Assembly (NCBI GenBank): GCA_017962765.1
Contig: JAGCUP010000008.1
Location: 1-61,192 of the forward strand
Source: Muribaculaceae bacterium
GTDB lineage: Bacteria > Bacteroidota > Bacteroidia > Bacteroidales > Muribaculaceae
Direction of reading: 5' to 3'
DNA: 61,192 nt
This document shows, piece by piece, positions 9,080 through 18,496 of the stretch (the first letter of the stretch is position 1; each line of letters begins with the position of its first letter). A program made the translations under genes and the position numbers. The notes under the pieces were generated by a model. It was given only the letters and a program-made list of their open reading frames with translations, was not told where the DNA came from and did no database searches.

Positions 9080-10090
9080 TTACAGCCACCCTGCCTGGCG
9101 GTACCAGTCGATGGCGTCGCTCACGCCGCGCTCGAGGTCCCACTGCGCCTCGAAGCCGAAGTCGCGGCGGGCGTCCTCGGTGTCGCAGAGCCAGTTGCGC
9201 TGCTTGAGTATCTTGTACTTGTCCCGGTTGAGTGTCATCGTCTTCATTCTCATCTTGCCCCACGATTCGCTGATGGCGCACACCATCTTCACCACCCACA
9301 AGGGGCACGTGACCGGGATGGCGCGGCGCTTGCCGAGTTTGCGGAGGACGATTTGTCGGAACTCCTTTTGGCTGTAGCCGCGCGCTTCGCTCATGAAGTA
9401 GGCGCGGCGTAGCGGCCCTCGCTCGAGTGCGTCCATAACGCCTCGCGCCAAGTCGCGCACATAGATGAAGGTGAGCATCTGCTTGCGGAAGCCCACGCTG
9501 AAGTCGAAGCCGCGCTTGATGCTCTTCATCATCAGGAAGTAGTCGCGCTCATGGGGACCATACACGCCCGTACACCGGAAAATCGTGTAGGGGATACCGG
9601 CGAAGTGCTGTAGATAGCTCTCGGCCTTGAGTTTCGACATGCCGTAGCGCGTGTTGGGGTTGGGCGCGTCGTCGCTGTGGAACGGCGTGTAGTTCTTCTC
9701 ATCGCCTGGGCCCATGACGCTGAGGCTGCTCATGAGGAGGAACACCTCGGGGACGGCGTCAAGGTCTTTGAGCGCCTCGACGAGGTCGCGCATATAGCCG
9801 TAGTTGACACATTCAAACTCGAGGTAGTTCTCGGCGCGCGTTGCGCCGAGGTTGTGCACGACGTAGTCCCAGCGCGTGCCGTCGTCGATGACGGTGCGCA
9901 GCGTGTCGTGCAACTTGTCGTTATCGGTAAAGTCGAGCTCGATGAAGTGGATGCGCTCGTCGTTGAGGAACTCGCGGCTGGTGGTGGCGCGCACGGCAGC
10001 CCACGTCTCGTATCCGCGCTCAAGCGCTTCTTGCACGAGGTGGCCCCCGATGAAGCCTCCCGCGCCGGTAATCAGTATTTTTTTTGCCAT
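9080..10090 (-). CDS. NAD-dependent epimerase/dehydratase (extended SDR)
   Basis: ILITGAGGFIG, YGMSK (YxxxK), RCTGVYGP. Confidence 0.92.
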   Translation of the reverse strand: MAKKILITGAGGFIGGHLVQEALERGYETWAAVRATTSREFLNDERIHFIELDFTDNDKLHDTLRTVIDDGTRWDYVVHNLGATRAENYLEFECVNYGYMRDLVEALKDLDAVPEVFLLMSSLSVMGPGDEKNYTPFHSDDAPNPNTRYGMSKLKAESYLQHFAGIPYTIFRCTGVYGPHERDYFLMMKSIKRGFDFSVGFRKQMLTFIYVRDLARGVMDALERGPLRRAYFMSEARGYSQKEFRQIVLRKLGKRRAIPVTCPLWVVKMVCAISESWGKMRMKTMTLNRDKYKILKQRNWLCDTEDARRDFGFEAQWDLERGVSDAIDWYRQAGWL

Positions 10091-10095
10091 AAAAA

Positions 10096-10116
10096 CGATT
10101 AGCGATTAACGATTAT
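10096..10116. repeat. (CGATTAN)x3 heptamer
   Basis: CGATTAG CGATTAA CGATTAT; the last unit contains the sufS stop codon. Confidence 0.6.
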
Positions 10117-11327
10117 CCCAGAAGTGCGGCAACGCGGCGGACGGCCTCGACGAAGCGGTGAACCTCGTCGAGCGTGTTATAGACGCCGAACGAGGCGCGT
10201 ACCATGCCATCGACATTGTAGCGCGCCATGAGCGGTTGCGCGCAGTGGTGGCCGGTGCGCACGGCGAAACCGAGTTTGTCGAGCAGCACGCCCATGTCGT
10301 AGCTATTGTGATTTCCCACGAGGAACGAGACGACGGCACCCTTGTCGGGCGTATTGCCGAAGATGCGCATCCCCTCGATGGACATCAGTCCCGTGGTGGC
10401 TGCCTCGAGCAATTGGTGCTCATGGGCGGCGATGTTTTCGAGTCCCAGCCGCTGGATGTAGTCGATGGCGGCGCCCAGCGCGGCGATACCCACATAGTCG
10501 GGCGTGCCGGCCTCGAACTTGAACGGCAACGGGGCGAAGGTGGTGCGCTCGAACGACACCTGACCTATCATCTCGCCGCCGCCCTGGTAGGGTGCCATTG
10601 TGTTGAGCCAGTGACGCTTGCCATAGAGGACGCCGACGCCCACCGGCCCGTACATCTTGTGGCTCGAGAAGGCGTAGAAGTCGCATCCCAGTTCCTGCAC
10701 GTCGATGGCATTATGGGGCGCGGCCTGCGCGCCGTCGATGAGGACGGGCACACCGTGCCGGTGTGCGATGTCAATCATCTCCTTGACGGGGTTGACGGTG
10801 CCCAGCACGTTCGACACGTGGCACAGTGCCACAAAGCGCGTGTTATCGCCGAAGAGGTCCTCGTAGGCCTCCAGGTTAAGCTCTCCCTGGTCGTTGATGG
10901 GCACCACGCACAGCTTGATGCGCTTGCGTCGCTGGATAAGTTGCCAGGGCACGATGTTGCTGTGGTGTTCCATGACGGTGAGGATGATTTCATCGCCGTT
11001 GTAGAGCATATCGCCCAGCGACGATGCCACCAGATTGATGCTCTCGGTGGTGCCGCGCGTGAAGATGATTTCCTCGGTCGAGGCGGCGTGGATGAAGTCG
11101 CGCACCTTCTCGCGCGTGAGCTCCACCAGGTCGGTGGCCTCCTGCGAGATGGTGTGGACGCCGCGGTGCACGTTGGCCTTGTGGCAGTAGTACATCTCGT
11201 CGATGGCCTCAACGACGCAGCGCGGTGTCTGCGACGTGGCGGCAGTGTCGAGGTAAACCAGCGGTTTGTCCTCGACGGTACGCCCCAGGATGGGGTACTC
11301 GGCCCTTATTTTTTCCACGTCAAGCAT
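10113..11327 (-). CDS. sufS: Cysteine desulfurase SufS
   Basis: LVYLDTAATSQ, ANVHRGVH, EHHSNIVPW, FSSHKMYGP (PLP Lys), FEAGTP, VRTGHHCAQP (group II active-site Cys). Confidence 0.95.
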   Translation of the reverse strand: MLDVEKIRAEYPILGRTVEDKPLVYLDTAATSQTPRCVVEAIDEMYYCHKANVHRGVHTISQEATDLVELTREKVRDFIHAASTEEIIFTRGTTESINLVASSLGDMLYNGDEIILTVMEHHSNIVPWQLIQRRKRIKLCVVPINDQGELNLEAYEDLFGDNTRFVALCHVSNVLGTVNPVKEMIDIAHRHGVPVLIDGAQAAPHNAIDVQELGCDFYAFSSHKMYGPVGVGVLYGKRHWLNTMAPYQGGGEMIGQVSFERTTFAPLPFKFEAGTPDYVGIAALGAAIDYIQRLGLENIAAHEHQLLEAATTGLMSIEGMRIFGNTPDKGAVVSFLVGNHNSYDMGVLLDKLGFAVRTGHHCAQPLMARYNVDGMVRASFGVYNTLDEVHRFVEAVRRVAALLG

Positions 11328-11372
11328 AATTTCAAAGTGCAAAAGTACAAAATAAATCCAATATGAGCAAGA

Positions 11373-11407
11373 GAGCGTTGAGCGTTGAGCGCTGAGCTCT
11401 GAGCTAT
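11373..11407. repeat. (GAGCnnT)x5 heptamer array
   Basis: GAGCGTT GAGCGTT GAGCGCT GAGCTCT GAGCTAT. Confidence 0.8.
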
Positions 11408-11473
11408 TCTTGCATAATCCCTAATGGCTGATTCGGGTTTAATCTATAAGGTTCTCAAACCTCAATTTTTTCC

Positions 11474-11595
11474 ATTCCCTCATGAAATTGTCAAAATTCA
11501 CAATTATTCCCACATAAAATTGTCAAAAATTTCAATTATTCCCACATAAAATTGCGAAATATGTTGTGTATTTCCTTATGAAGTTGTAACTTTGC
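11474..11595 (+). repeat. 32-bp-period tandem repeat (3 full + 1 partial copy) ending in a -7 promoter box
   Basis: Units start at 11474, 11506, 11538 and 11570 with core ATTCCCACATAAAATTG; the fourth runs into TAACTTTG at 11587-11594. Confidence 0.85.
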
Positions 11596-11620
11596 TGCAC
11601 CAAACCAACCCAAATCAATT

Positions 11621-12931
11621 ATGGAACGACTTATTTACAGCAAATTACAAGAGTGGAAGAACCGAAATGACCACAAACCGTTGGTGCTGGAAGGCGCTAG
11701 GCAAGTGGGCAAGACCTACATTTTGCAGCAATTTGGGGAAAAAGAGTTTGAAAATCTTGTATATGTCAACTGTGAGCACAACGAGGTCGTTAGGCTTCTT
11801 TTTGCGTTAGACTTCAACATCGACCGAATATTACGAGGCTTGGAGGCATATTCCTCTCAAAAAATAGTACCGGGGAAAACACTTCTCTTTCTTGACGAAA
11901 TACAGGAATTACCGGGAGGAATATCCTCGCTGAAGTATTTTTGTGAGCAGGCGCGCAATCTTCATGTGGTTGTGGCCGGGTCGCTGTTGGGGATTTTCAA
12001 TCTTCAGGGGCAATCGTTTCCAGTGGGCAAGGTCGAAACATTGCGTCTGTATCCCATGACATTTGAGGAATTCCTGCTTGCGCGAGGCAAGCAAGCTTTA
12101 CTCGATGTGCTGCGAAGCCTTGATTGGGGGGTGATTAATTCATTGCACCCACTTTTTGTGGATGAGTTGCGTGAATATTATTTTGTGGGTGGGATGCCCG
12201 AGGCAGTCGCAAAATATATCGAAACGGGCGATGTCACCCGTGTCAGGCTCATTCATCGGCAAATTCTCGACGCATACGTACGCGATTTCGCCAAGCATGC
12301 TGGGGATGAGACACAACGAGTGAGACTTGTGTGGGAATCGGTGCCTGGGCATCTGTCGCGCGAAAACAAGAAATTCATCTTCGGGGCTGTGAAATCGGGT
12401 GCAAGGGCCAGCTATTTTGATAAGGCGCTGCAATGGCTTGTTGATGCGGGCCTGATTTATAGGGTGGAAAACGTGGGGCGAGTGGAGTCGCCGCTCAAGT
12501 TCTATGCCAATCGCGACGCTTTCAAGGCCTATGCGCTCGATGTGGGCTTGTTGGGCGCCATGATGCTCATGCGGCCCGACGAAATACTGGTTAAGAAAGA
12601 CGTGTTCAGCTGCTTTAAAGGAGCATTCACCGAGAACTATGTACTATCGCAACTTCGTGCCATCGATGACATTTATACTTATTATTATAGCAAGCCCAAT
12701 TCTACCCTCGAAATAGATTTCCTGTGCCAGACTGACAGCGGCATTGTCCCCATTGAGGTGAAGGCCGAAGTCAACGTGAAAGCAAAGTCGTTGGCTACAT
12801 TTGCGCGAACCTATAACGGTACCATTACGAAGGCGCTGCGCTTTTCGATGTTGCCCTACGTTGATCAAGGCTGGATGTACAATGTACCGCTCTACGCCGT
12901 TGGGATGTTCATGAACCATCCTTTAGGTTAA
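11621..12931 (+). CDS. AAA_14 + DUF4143 ATP-binding protein with C-terminal PD-(D/E)XK-like motif
   Basis: GARQVGKT Walker A, LLFLDEIQ Walker B, VAGSLLG, LYPMTFEEFL, VGGMPEAV, EIDF...PIEVKA. Confidence 0.92.
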   Translation: MERLIYSKLQEWKNRNDHKPLVLEGARQVGKTYILQQFGEKEFENLVYVNCEHNEVVRLLFALDFNIDRILRGLEAYSSQKIVPGKTLLFLDEIQELPGGISSLKYFCEQARNLHVVVAGSLLGIFNLQGQSFPVGKVETLRLYPMTFEEFLLARGKQALLDVLRSLDWGVINSLHPLFVDELREYYFVGGMPEAVAKYIETGDVTRVRLIHRQILDAYVRDFAKHAGDETQRVRLVWESVPGHLSRENKKFIFGAVKSGARASYFDKALQWLVDAGLIYRVENVGRVESPLKFYANRDAFKAYALDVGLLGAMMLMRPDEILVKKDVFSCFKGAFTENYVLSQLRAIDDIYTYYYSKPNSTLEIDFLCQTDSGIVPIEVKAEVNVKAKSLATFARTYNGTITKALRFSMLPYVDQGWMYNVPLYAVGMFMNHPLG

Positions 12932-12932
12932 T

Positions 12933-12981
12933 GCTCACAGCTCATAGCTCACAGCTCATAGCTCACAGCTCACAGCTCATG
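12933..12981. repeat. (GCTCAYA)x7 heptamer array
   Basis: GCTCACA GCTCATA GCTCACA GCTCATA GCTCACA GCTCACA GCTCATG, right after the AAA_14 stop. Confidence 0.9.
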
Positions 12982-13166
12982 GCCTTTTATGGTAGTTTTT
13001 TGATGATTTGTTGTGAAATTCAACTTTTTTGTTTAAATTTGCGGCTGATTTTTCGGTTTAAACCTTTTTTGCCCCGAAATTGACAGTTCACGCCACAAGC
13101 TAGGCTTGTCGAAATGGTATATCTTGGCGAGTGGCACATTATTAATTAATAACAGTTTTTACATTC

Positions 13167-15116
13167 ATGAAAAAATTAACTACTTTGTTTGCTTTTGTGA
13201 TGCTGTTCGCTATGGCCGCTTTCGCTCAGAAAGCTCCCGTGCCCCAGCTGACAGCAAAGAATGCTTCGGCTAAAACCGAACTTTCAACTCAAGCTTTTGA
13301 CCTCGGTACTACCGAAAAGAGCTTCAAGGCTCCCGCCAAGGCTCCTGAAGAGGGCTATGCGCTGGTGACCCTTCCTGATGGTGTTACCGCCACCCAGTGG
13401 TATGTGGAAAGTGCCACGATGTATGTGGGTCAAAGCACATCCACAAGCTATAACGACATCTATGTGGCTTTTGACGGCAACGATGTGTATATCCAGGGTC
13501 TTGCCTACTACTTCCCCAGCGCATGGATTAAGGGCACGCTTGCTAATGGTGTGGTGACGTTCCCCATCACCTACATGGGTATTATTCAAAACATTGACAT
13601 GTATCTGTGCGGTTATGGAACGGGAACTCCTACGACATTCTCTTTCACTTACGATGCCACGAACAATACGCTTACCGCTGATGACTACATTCTGCTGAAC
13701 AAGAACACTACATCATTAGGCTTCTATTCATATTATGTAAGTCTAGTTCTTACGGCTGACGAGCCCGAACCCGATGTGGTGGTGACACCTCCCGACGGCC
13801 TCGTGACCGAGGAGTGGAATTTCACGGCCCAGGATTTGAACGTGAGCAACGGTGCGGTCTATACCGACTATTCAGCTCCCGTGCAGATGGGCTTTGACGG
13901 CGACGACGTGTATATCGCTGGTTTCTGCCCCTACGATGCCGAGGCTTGGGTAAAGGGTACCCGCAATGGTAATACCATCACGCTTGACAACGACCAGTAT
14001 TTCGGTGCCATCTATGGCAGCTATGACATGTATTTTGTGGGTTACCAGAATGGTTACTACGATGAAGATGGCGGCACCTTCCGTGGCGATGGCTTCGGCG
14101 CTGTGACGTTCACCATGAACGATGAAGGTAACCAGCTCACTACGAACGACCTGATTATCATCTCGGCAGCTAAATCGAAGATTCAATATTATGCTATCTA
14201 TACCGATGGCGTGATCACCAAAGTGCTAGAACAGCCTGGTACGCCCGCCGATCCCGACCCCCAAAGATTTGTGAATGGGTCCTATGGTCACTACTTTGTG
14301 TTCTCAGTTCCCACTGTAGATACCGATGGTAATGCAATGCTTACGAGCAAGCTCTATTATCAAATCTACAAGGACATCGAAGGCCAAACTTCGGCCTTCA
14401 CATTGAGTGCTGACCTCTATGAGGAGCTTGATGAGGACATGAGCATTATTCCTTACTCGTTCACTGACGAGTGGGATATCTATCCCGGTGACCCCATCCA
14501 GGTTTATATCTATAGCGATGACCTTGACAGTTGGAACAAGATTGGTGTGAAGAGCATCTACGAAGGCGGCGGCGAGAGCCATGAGAGTAACATCGTGTGG
14601 CTCGACATCAAGCCTTACGCTCCCACTGCTATCACGCTGAACGTGACCGATGCCGACGAGGTGGCTATTCTGCCGAATGCTACCTTCCAACTGAGCGTAG
14701 TCAGCGTGTTGCCCGAAGGCGCCAGCACCGCTGTGACTTGGACTTCGAGCGACGAGCACATTGCTACCGTGAGCGAGGATGGTCTCGTGACTGGTATGGA
14801 GTTTGACGGCTATGCCATTAGGAATGGCATCAACCAAGCTCCGAGCGATAACGACCACTACGACTACTTCCCCGTGGTCATCACCGCTACCGCTGATGAG
14901 GCTGGTACACAACCCACTCCCGCCAGCACTTCGGTTACGGTTTGGGTGAAGTCGAGCACTCGCACCGCCATCAACGATGTGAAGGCTAACAACGTGGAGA
15001 GCGTGAAGTATGTGAACGCTCAGGGTCAGGTCTCGAACACTCCGTTCGACGGCGTGAACATCGAGGTTACCCGCATGAGCGACGGTACCACCAAGACTGT
15101 GAAGGTTGTGAAATAA
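13167..15116 (+). CDS. Secreted surface protein: two internal ~150-aa repeats, Ig-like (Big_2-type) domain and T9SS-type C-terminal domain
   Basis: Signal peptide. Repeat units ...FDGNDVYIQGL..AWIKGT.. and ..FDGDDVYIAGF..AWVKGT... Ig-like VTWTSSDEHIATVSEDGLVTG. Tail TAINDVK...YVNAQGQ...GVNIEV...TVKVVK. Confidence 0.75.
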   Translation: MKKLTTLFAFVMLFAMAAFAQKAPVPQLTAKNASAKTELSTQAFDLGTTEKSFKAPAKAPEEGYALVTLPDGVTATQWYVESATMYVGQSTSTSYNDIYVAFDGNDVYIQGLAYYFPSAWIKGTLANGVVTFPITYMGIIQNIDMYLCGYGTGTPTTFSFTYDATNNTLTADDYILLNKNTTSLGFYSYYVSLVLTADEPEPDVVVTPPDGLVTEEWNFTAQDLNVSNGAVYTDYSAPVQMGFDGDDVYIAGFCPYDAEAWVKGTRNGNTITLDNDQYFGAIYGSYDMYFVGYQNGYYDEDGGTFRGDGFGAVTFTMNDEGNQLTTNDLIIISAAKSKIQYYAIYTDGVITKVLEQPGTPADPDPQRFVNGSYGHYFVFSVPTVDTDGNAMLTSKLYYQIYKDIEGQTSAFTLSADLYEELDEDMSIIPYSFTDEWDIYPGDPIQVYIYSDDLDSWNKIGVKSIYEGGGESHESNIVWLDIKPYAPTAITLNVTDADEVAILPNATFQLSVVSVLPEGASTAVTWTSSDEHIATVSEDGLVTGMEFDGYAIRNGINQAPSDNDHYDYFPVVITATADEAGTQPTPASTSVTVWVKSSTRTAINDVKANNVESVKYVNAQGQVSNTPFDGVNIEVTRMSDGTTKTVKVVK

Positions 15117-15144
15117 TAGCTAACAACTGAAACACCTATATAAC

Positions 15145-15185
15145 AGTGGGGCGCGCCCATCGAAGGCGCGCCCCACTTGTTTTAT
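15145..15185 (+). terminator. Intrinsic terminator
   Basis: AGTGGGGCGCGCC-7nt-GGCGCGCCCCACT followed by TGTTTT. Confidence 0.85.
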
Positions 15186-15205
15186 TCTCATAACTCTCGG
15201 CTCCC

Positions 15206-16300
15206 TTAAGGGTTGAGGAGGTTGGTAATCTGTGCGATGATGTGGCTCGTGGTGAAGGCGGCGGGAAGGTCGGGATGGGAAATGATGTCGGGGTTGTCGC
15301 GCAGCTCCTTGATGGCGGTGGCAAGGGCCTCGGGGGTGAAGTCGGTGAGGAGGCCGCCGCCGTGGCTTAGGACCTCAGTGGGCCCAGCGCAGCGCGTGGC
15401 GACGACAGGGGTGCCCAGTGTGAGTGCTTCGAGCATGACGAGCGAAAAGCCTTCAGCATCTGAGGCAATGACGAGGGCATCGGCTTGTGCGATGAATGGG
15501 TAGGGGTTTTGCTGAAAGCCCCAAAAGGTGACGCGGTCGTTGAGCCCCTTGTCGCGGCATTGGTGTTCAAGGCGTTGGCGTTCGTCGCCGTCGCCCACGA
15601 GCCAGGCCTGGACATCGATGCCTTCGTCGCGCAGTAGCGCCACCGTGTCGATAAATCGGTCGGGACGCTTGACGGAGTGAAGGCGCCCCACATAGCACAA
15701 GGTGAAGCCGCATTTGGGAAATTCGAGGGCAGTGGCGAGTTGCCTTACCTCGTCGCGGTCGATGATGTTGTGAACCACGTGCTTGGGCGTTTCCACCTCA
15801 AAAGGGAAGGCACGCATTGCATCGCCCGACGCAAATATAAGGCCGTCCAAGCGACTGTAGAAAGCATGTTCATTTTCCTCTTGCTTAAAGAAAACGCGGC
15901 TCCAGTGGTTGCGGGTGAGGTCGGTGTGCACCCACGACAGGTGGCGCGAGGCCACATCGTGCGGCAATAGGCTGTGGAGCCAGGCTGCCGCCCCCTCAAG
16001 GAACGAGAGTGCCACGTCGAAGCGTTCACCGCCGAGCAGTCGCCGCAACTGTCGTGCCATGAGTCGGTCGCGTAGCGGCGTCTGGAAGGCGAGTCGGTCG
16101 CGCAGTGGCTTGCCGCCGTGATACACTGCGAGGGTTTTCACGTGGGCTGGGATGTCGCCCATCCGCGGCCCCGTGGCGTTGAACAGTAGCAGCGTAATGT
16201 GTATCTTATTGGCGTCGAGGTGCCGCAGGAGCACGGCAAGCGCCTTTTCGGCCCCTCCGCCCGCCATGCTGTCCATGATGATGAGTAACTTCTTTCCCAT
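15206..16300 (-). CDS. Glycosyltransferase family 4
   Basis: GGGAEK N-terminal motif, SWVHTD, VGRLHSVK, GFQQNPY, SDAEGFSLVMLEALTLGTPVV. Alternative start at 16306. Confidence 0.93.
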   Translation of the reverse strand: MGKKLLIIMDSMAGGGAEKALAVLLRHLDANKIHITLLLFNATGPRMGDIPAHVKTLAVYHGGKPLRDRLAFQTPLRDRLMARQLRRLLGGERFDVALSFLEGAAAWLHSLLPHDVASRHLSWVHTDLTRNHWSRVFFKQEENEHAFYSRLDGLIFASGDAMRAFPFEVETPKHVVHNIIDRDEVRQLATALEFPKCGFTLCYVGRLHSVKRPDRFIDTVALLRDEGIDVQAWLVGDGDERQRLEHQCRDKGLNDRVTFWGFQQNPYPFIAQADALVIASDAEGFSLVMLEALTLGTPVVATRCAGPTEVLSHGGGLLTDFTPEALATAIKELRDNPDIISHPDLPAAFTTSHIIAQITNLLNP

Positions 16301-16312
16301 GCCCATGCGAGT

Positions 16313-17272
16313 TTAAAGACGTGAGGTCCACAGCGATTTTATTTTGCGGTAGGCTGCAATCGTTGCTTTACACAATGTGGGGTGGGGGAGTAATAAGCGT
16401 TCCAATTTGTGCTTGACGGGCATGCCTTTGGTGCCGTATCGCATGACGGTAGCCACCCACTCATTCTTTGGGTCAAGGTCGTGGAGATGGAAAGCCGCAT
16501 GGTCTATTTCGATTCTTCTCACCTCGGTCTCATATTGTTCAAGAACGCCTAGAACTGAAAGTTGTGAACGCAGAAAATAGAAGAAGCGTTGCCATCGCAC
16601 GGCTTGATAGAGAGCTCCTTGCGACGTTAGTGACATTGGGTTGATGGCATAGGCACACACGATGAGGTCGTTATATACGCCTGCCCGATTGATACGCTTG
16701 GCAAGTCCCACATTGAGTAGCAGATCCTCGTTTGGCAGGCTCATGTCGGCTGGCGGAAAGATGTCATCGTGCCAAAGTTCTCGCCGCGACACGCTGCCCC
16801 AGTTAGGCAGGTTGCCGTCGTTGAGCACCATGTGGAGGAAATCGTTTCTATCCATTTCACCTTCGAATGGGTGTCGATACTGTCTCACCTTGTTTTCTTT
16901 GTGATAGACGAGTGGCATACCGGCACAGAAGTCAAGTTCTCGCTCGCAGCAGCGACTATAAAGCAATGAGATGGCTTCGGGCAAGAGCCAATCGTCGGCA
17001 TCCAGGTGGAGGACGTGAGGTGCAGTAGTGCTATGGATGCCTGTGCGGCGGGCTTCGGCGAGGCCGGCATTGGGGCGCTTGTGCACCACTGTGATGCGTG
17101 GGTCGTTGGCGGCGAGTTCGTCGGCGAGCTGTGGCGTGGCGTCGGTGCTGCCGTCATCCACGATGACGAGTTCCCAGAGTGTGAACGACTGAGCCACGAC
17201 ACTGTCAACGCTTCGCCTCAAAAACCGCTCGGCGTTATAAGCCGGAATGATGACCGAAACCTTAGCTTCCAT
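16313..17272 (-). CDS. Glycosyltransferase family 2 (copy B)
   Basis: VSVIIPAYNA, VDDGSTD, NAGLAEAR, HLDADD (DxD), NED. Confidence 0.93.
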   Translation of the reverse strand: MEAKVSVIIPAYNAERFLRRSVDSVVAQSFTLWELVIVDDGSTDATPQLADELAANDPRITVVHKRPNAGLAEARRTGIHSTTAPHVLHLDADDWLLPEAISLLYSRCCERELDFCAGMPLVYHKENKVRQYRHPFEGEMDRNDFLHMVLNDGNLPNWGSVSRRELWHDDIFPPADMSLPNEDLLLNVGLAKRINRAGVYNDLIVCAYAINPMSLTSQGALYQAVRWQRFFYFLRSQLSVLGVLEQYETEVRRIEIDHAAFHLHDLDPKNEWVATVMRYGTKGMPVKHKLERLLLPHPTLCKATIAAYRKIKSLWTSRL

Positions 17273-17366
17273 ACACCTGCAAAATTACTGCTTTATTTTT
17301 AGACATAGAGACACAAAGACATGTTTTTTGCAAATGATGGCTTAGTTTGGTGGTAAAATGGAGATG

Positions 17367-17474
17367 CTAATCGGGGGAGGTGAGGCGCGAGAGGCGGCGG
17401 GTGAGCATGGCAAGCGCCTTTTCGGCCCCTCCGCCCGCCATGCTGTCCATGATGATGAGTAATTTCTTTCCCAT
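17367..17474 (-). pseudogene. Chimeric 35-codon remnant: 5' end of the GT4 gene fused in frame to a flippase-like 3' end
   Basis: Translates MGKKLLIIMDSMAGGGAEKALA|MLTRRLSRLTSPD*. The first 22 codons are near-identical to 16235-16300; the tail resembles the Wzx C-terminus MLSRRLSS. Confidence 0.8.
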
Positions 17475-17479
17475 GATGC

Positions 17480-18436
17480 TTAAGCTCCTTGTAAATTCCT
17501 AATGTAATTGTGAAGCGTCACAACAGGTATTCTCAGCCATTCATGGCGCATGAGAAAACGGCACACCTTTATTTTCATTGAGCTGTGGCTCACATCATAG
17601 TGCGTGATTTTGTCAATCCATGGGTCAGGTGTTACCTTGTGGATATCAAAGGTGACAAGGCTGAGCACAAAGTCTTGAAACAACGGCTTTATTGCTTCGT
17701 AATGGGGAGTGGATGCCAATATTTCCTCAATTGCACACATTAGTGTTTTTATGCCATCTTGGCTTGAGAATGGCTTTGTCTCCGATAAAGAGCCTTCAGT
17801 TTTGTAGTAATTGTAAACGGAGTGATTATAGACACCAATGCAATTGCACTTGTTAATAATCGCAGTGCTCATTAAAAAATCCTCGCTGGGAATTATTTTG
17901 TCTTTAATGGGAAAAAAATCATGCTTTTTCCACAACTCTCCTCGTGAGAAGCAAGGCCCGCGCAGGAATTGAAATCGATAATCAAAAATCAATGCCAACA
18001 TTTTCTCTTTGTCATCGACAATGCCTTCCCATTCCCGCTGGTTAATGAGATGCGATTTGTGTTTGTAGACACGGGATGCGCCGGCTATGATAAAGTCAAG
18101 AGCGTGCTCATCTGCTTTTCGTGTGAGAAAGTCAAGAGCATCGGACGGCAAGGTGTCGTCGGCATCGAGATGAAAATGATAGAAGCCGTTGGCATGGGCG
18201 TGGCCTGTGCGTCGTGCCTCGGCGAGGCCCGCATTGGCGTTCTTGTGCACGACGGTGATGCGAGGGTCGGTGGCGGCGAGTTCGTCGGCTAGTTGCGGCG
18301 TGCCGTCGGTGCTGCCGTCATCGACGACGACAAGCTCCCAGTCGGTAAACGACTGTGTGACGACGCTGTCAACGCTTCGCCTCAAGAACCGCTCGGCGTT
18401 GTAAGCCGGAATGATAACCGAAACCTTAGCTTCCAT
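17480..18436 (-). CDS. Glycosyltransferase family 2 (copy A)
   Basis: Same N-terminus as copy B (MEAKVSVIIPAYNAERFLRRSVDSVV), HLDADD, SED; divergent, AT-richer C-terminal half. Confidence 0.93.
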   Translation of the reverse strand: MEAKVSVIIPAYNAERFLRRSVDSVVTQSFTDWELVVVDDGSTDGTPQLADELAATDPRITVVHKNANAGLAEARRTGHAHANGFYHFHLDADDTLPSDALDFLTRKADEHALDFIIAGASRVYKHKSHLINQREWEGIVDDKEKMLALIFDYRFQFLRGPCFSRGELWKKHDFFPIKDKIIPSEDFLMSTAIINKCNCIGVYNHSVYNYYKTEGSLSETKPFSSQDGIKTLMCAIEEILASTPHYEAIKPLFQDFVLSLVTFDIHKVTPDPWIDKITHYDVSHSSMKIKVCRFLMRHEWLRIPVVTLHNYIRNLQGA

Positions 18437-18496
18437 GTGCCTGCAAAATTACTGCTTTCAGCGTTAATCTGCAAGGTATTGGTGTTTTTTTGAAGG

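Noticed and set aside
11474-11595. 32-bp repeats as a CRISPR array
   Set aside because: The period is too short, the inter-core segments resemble each other rather than being unique spacers, and there are no cas genes in the window.
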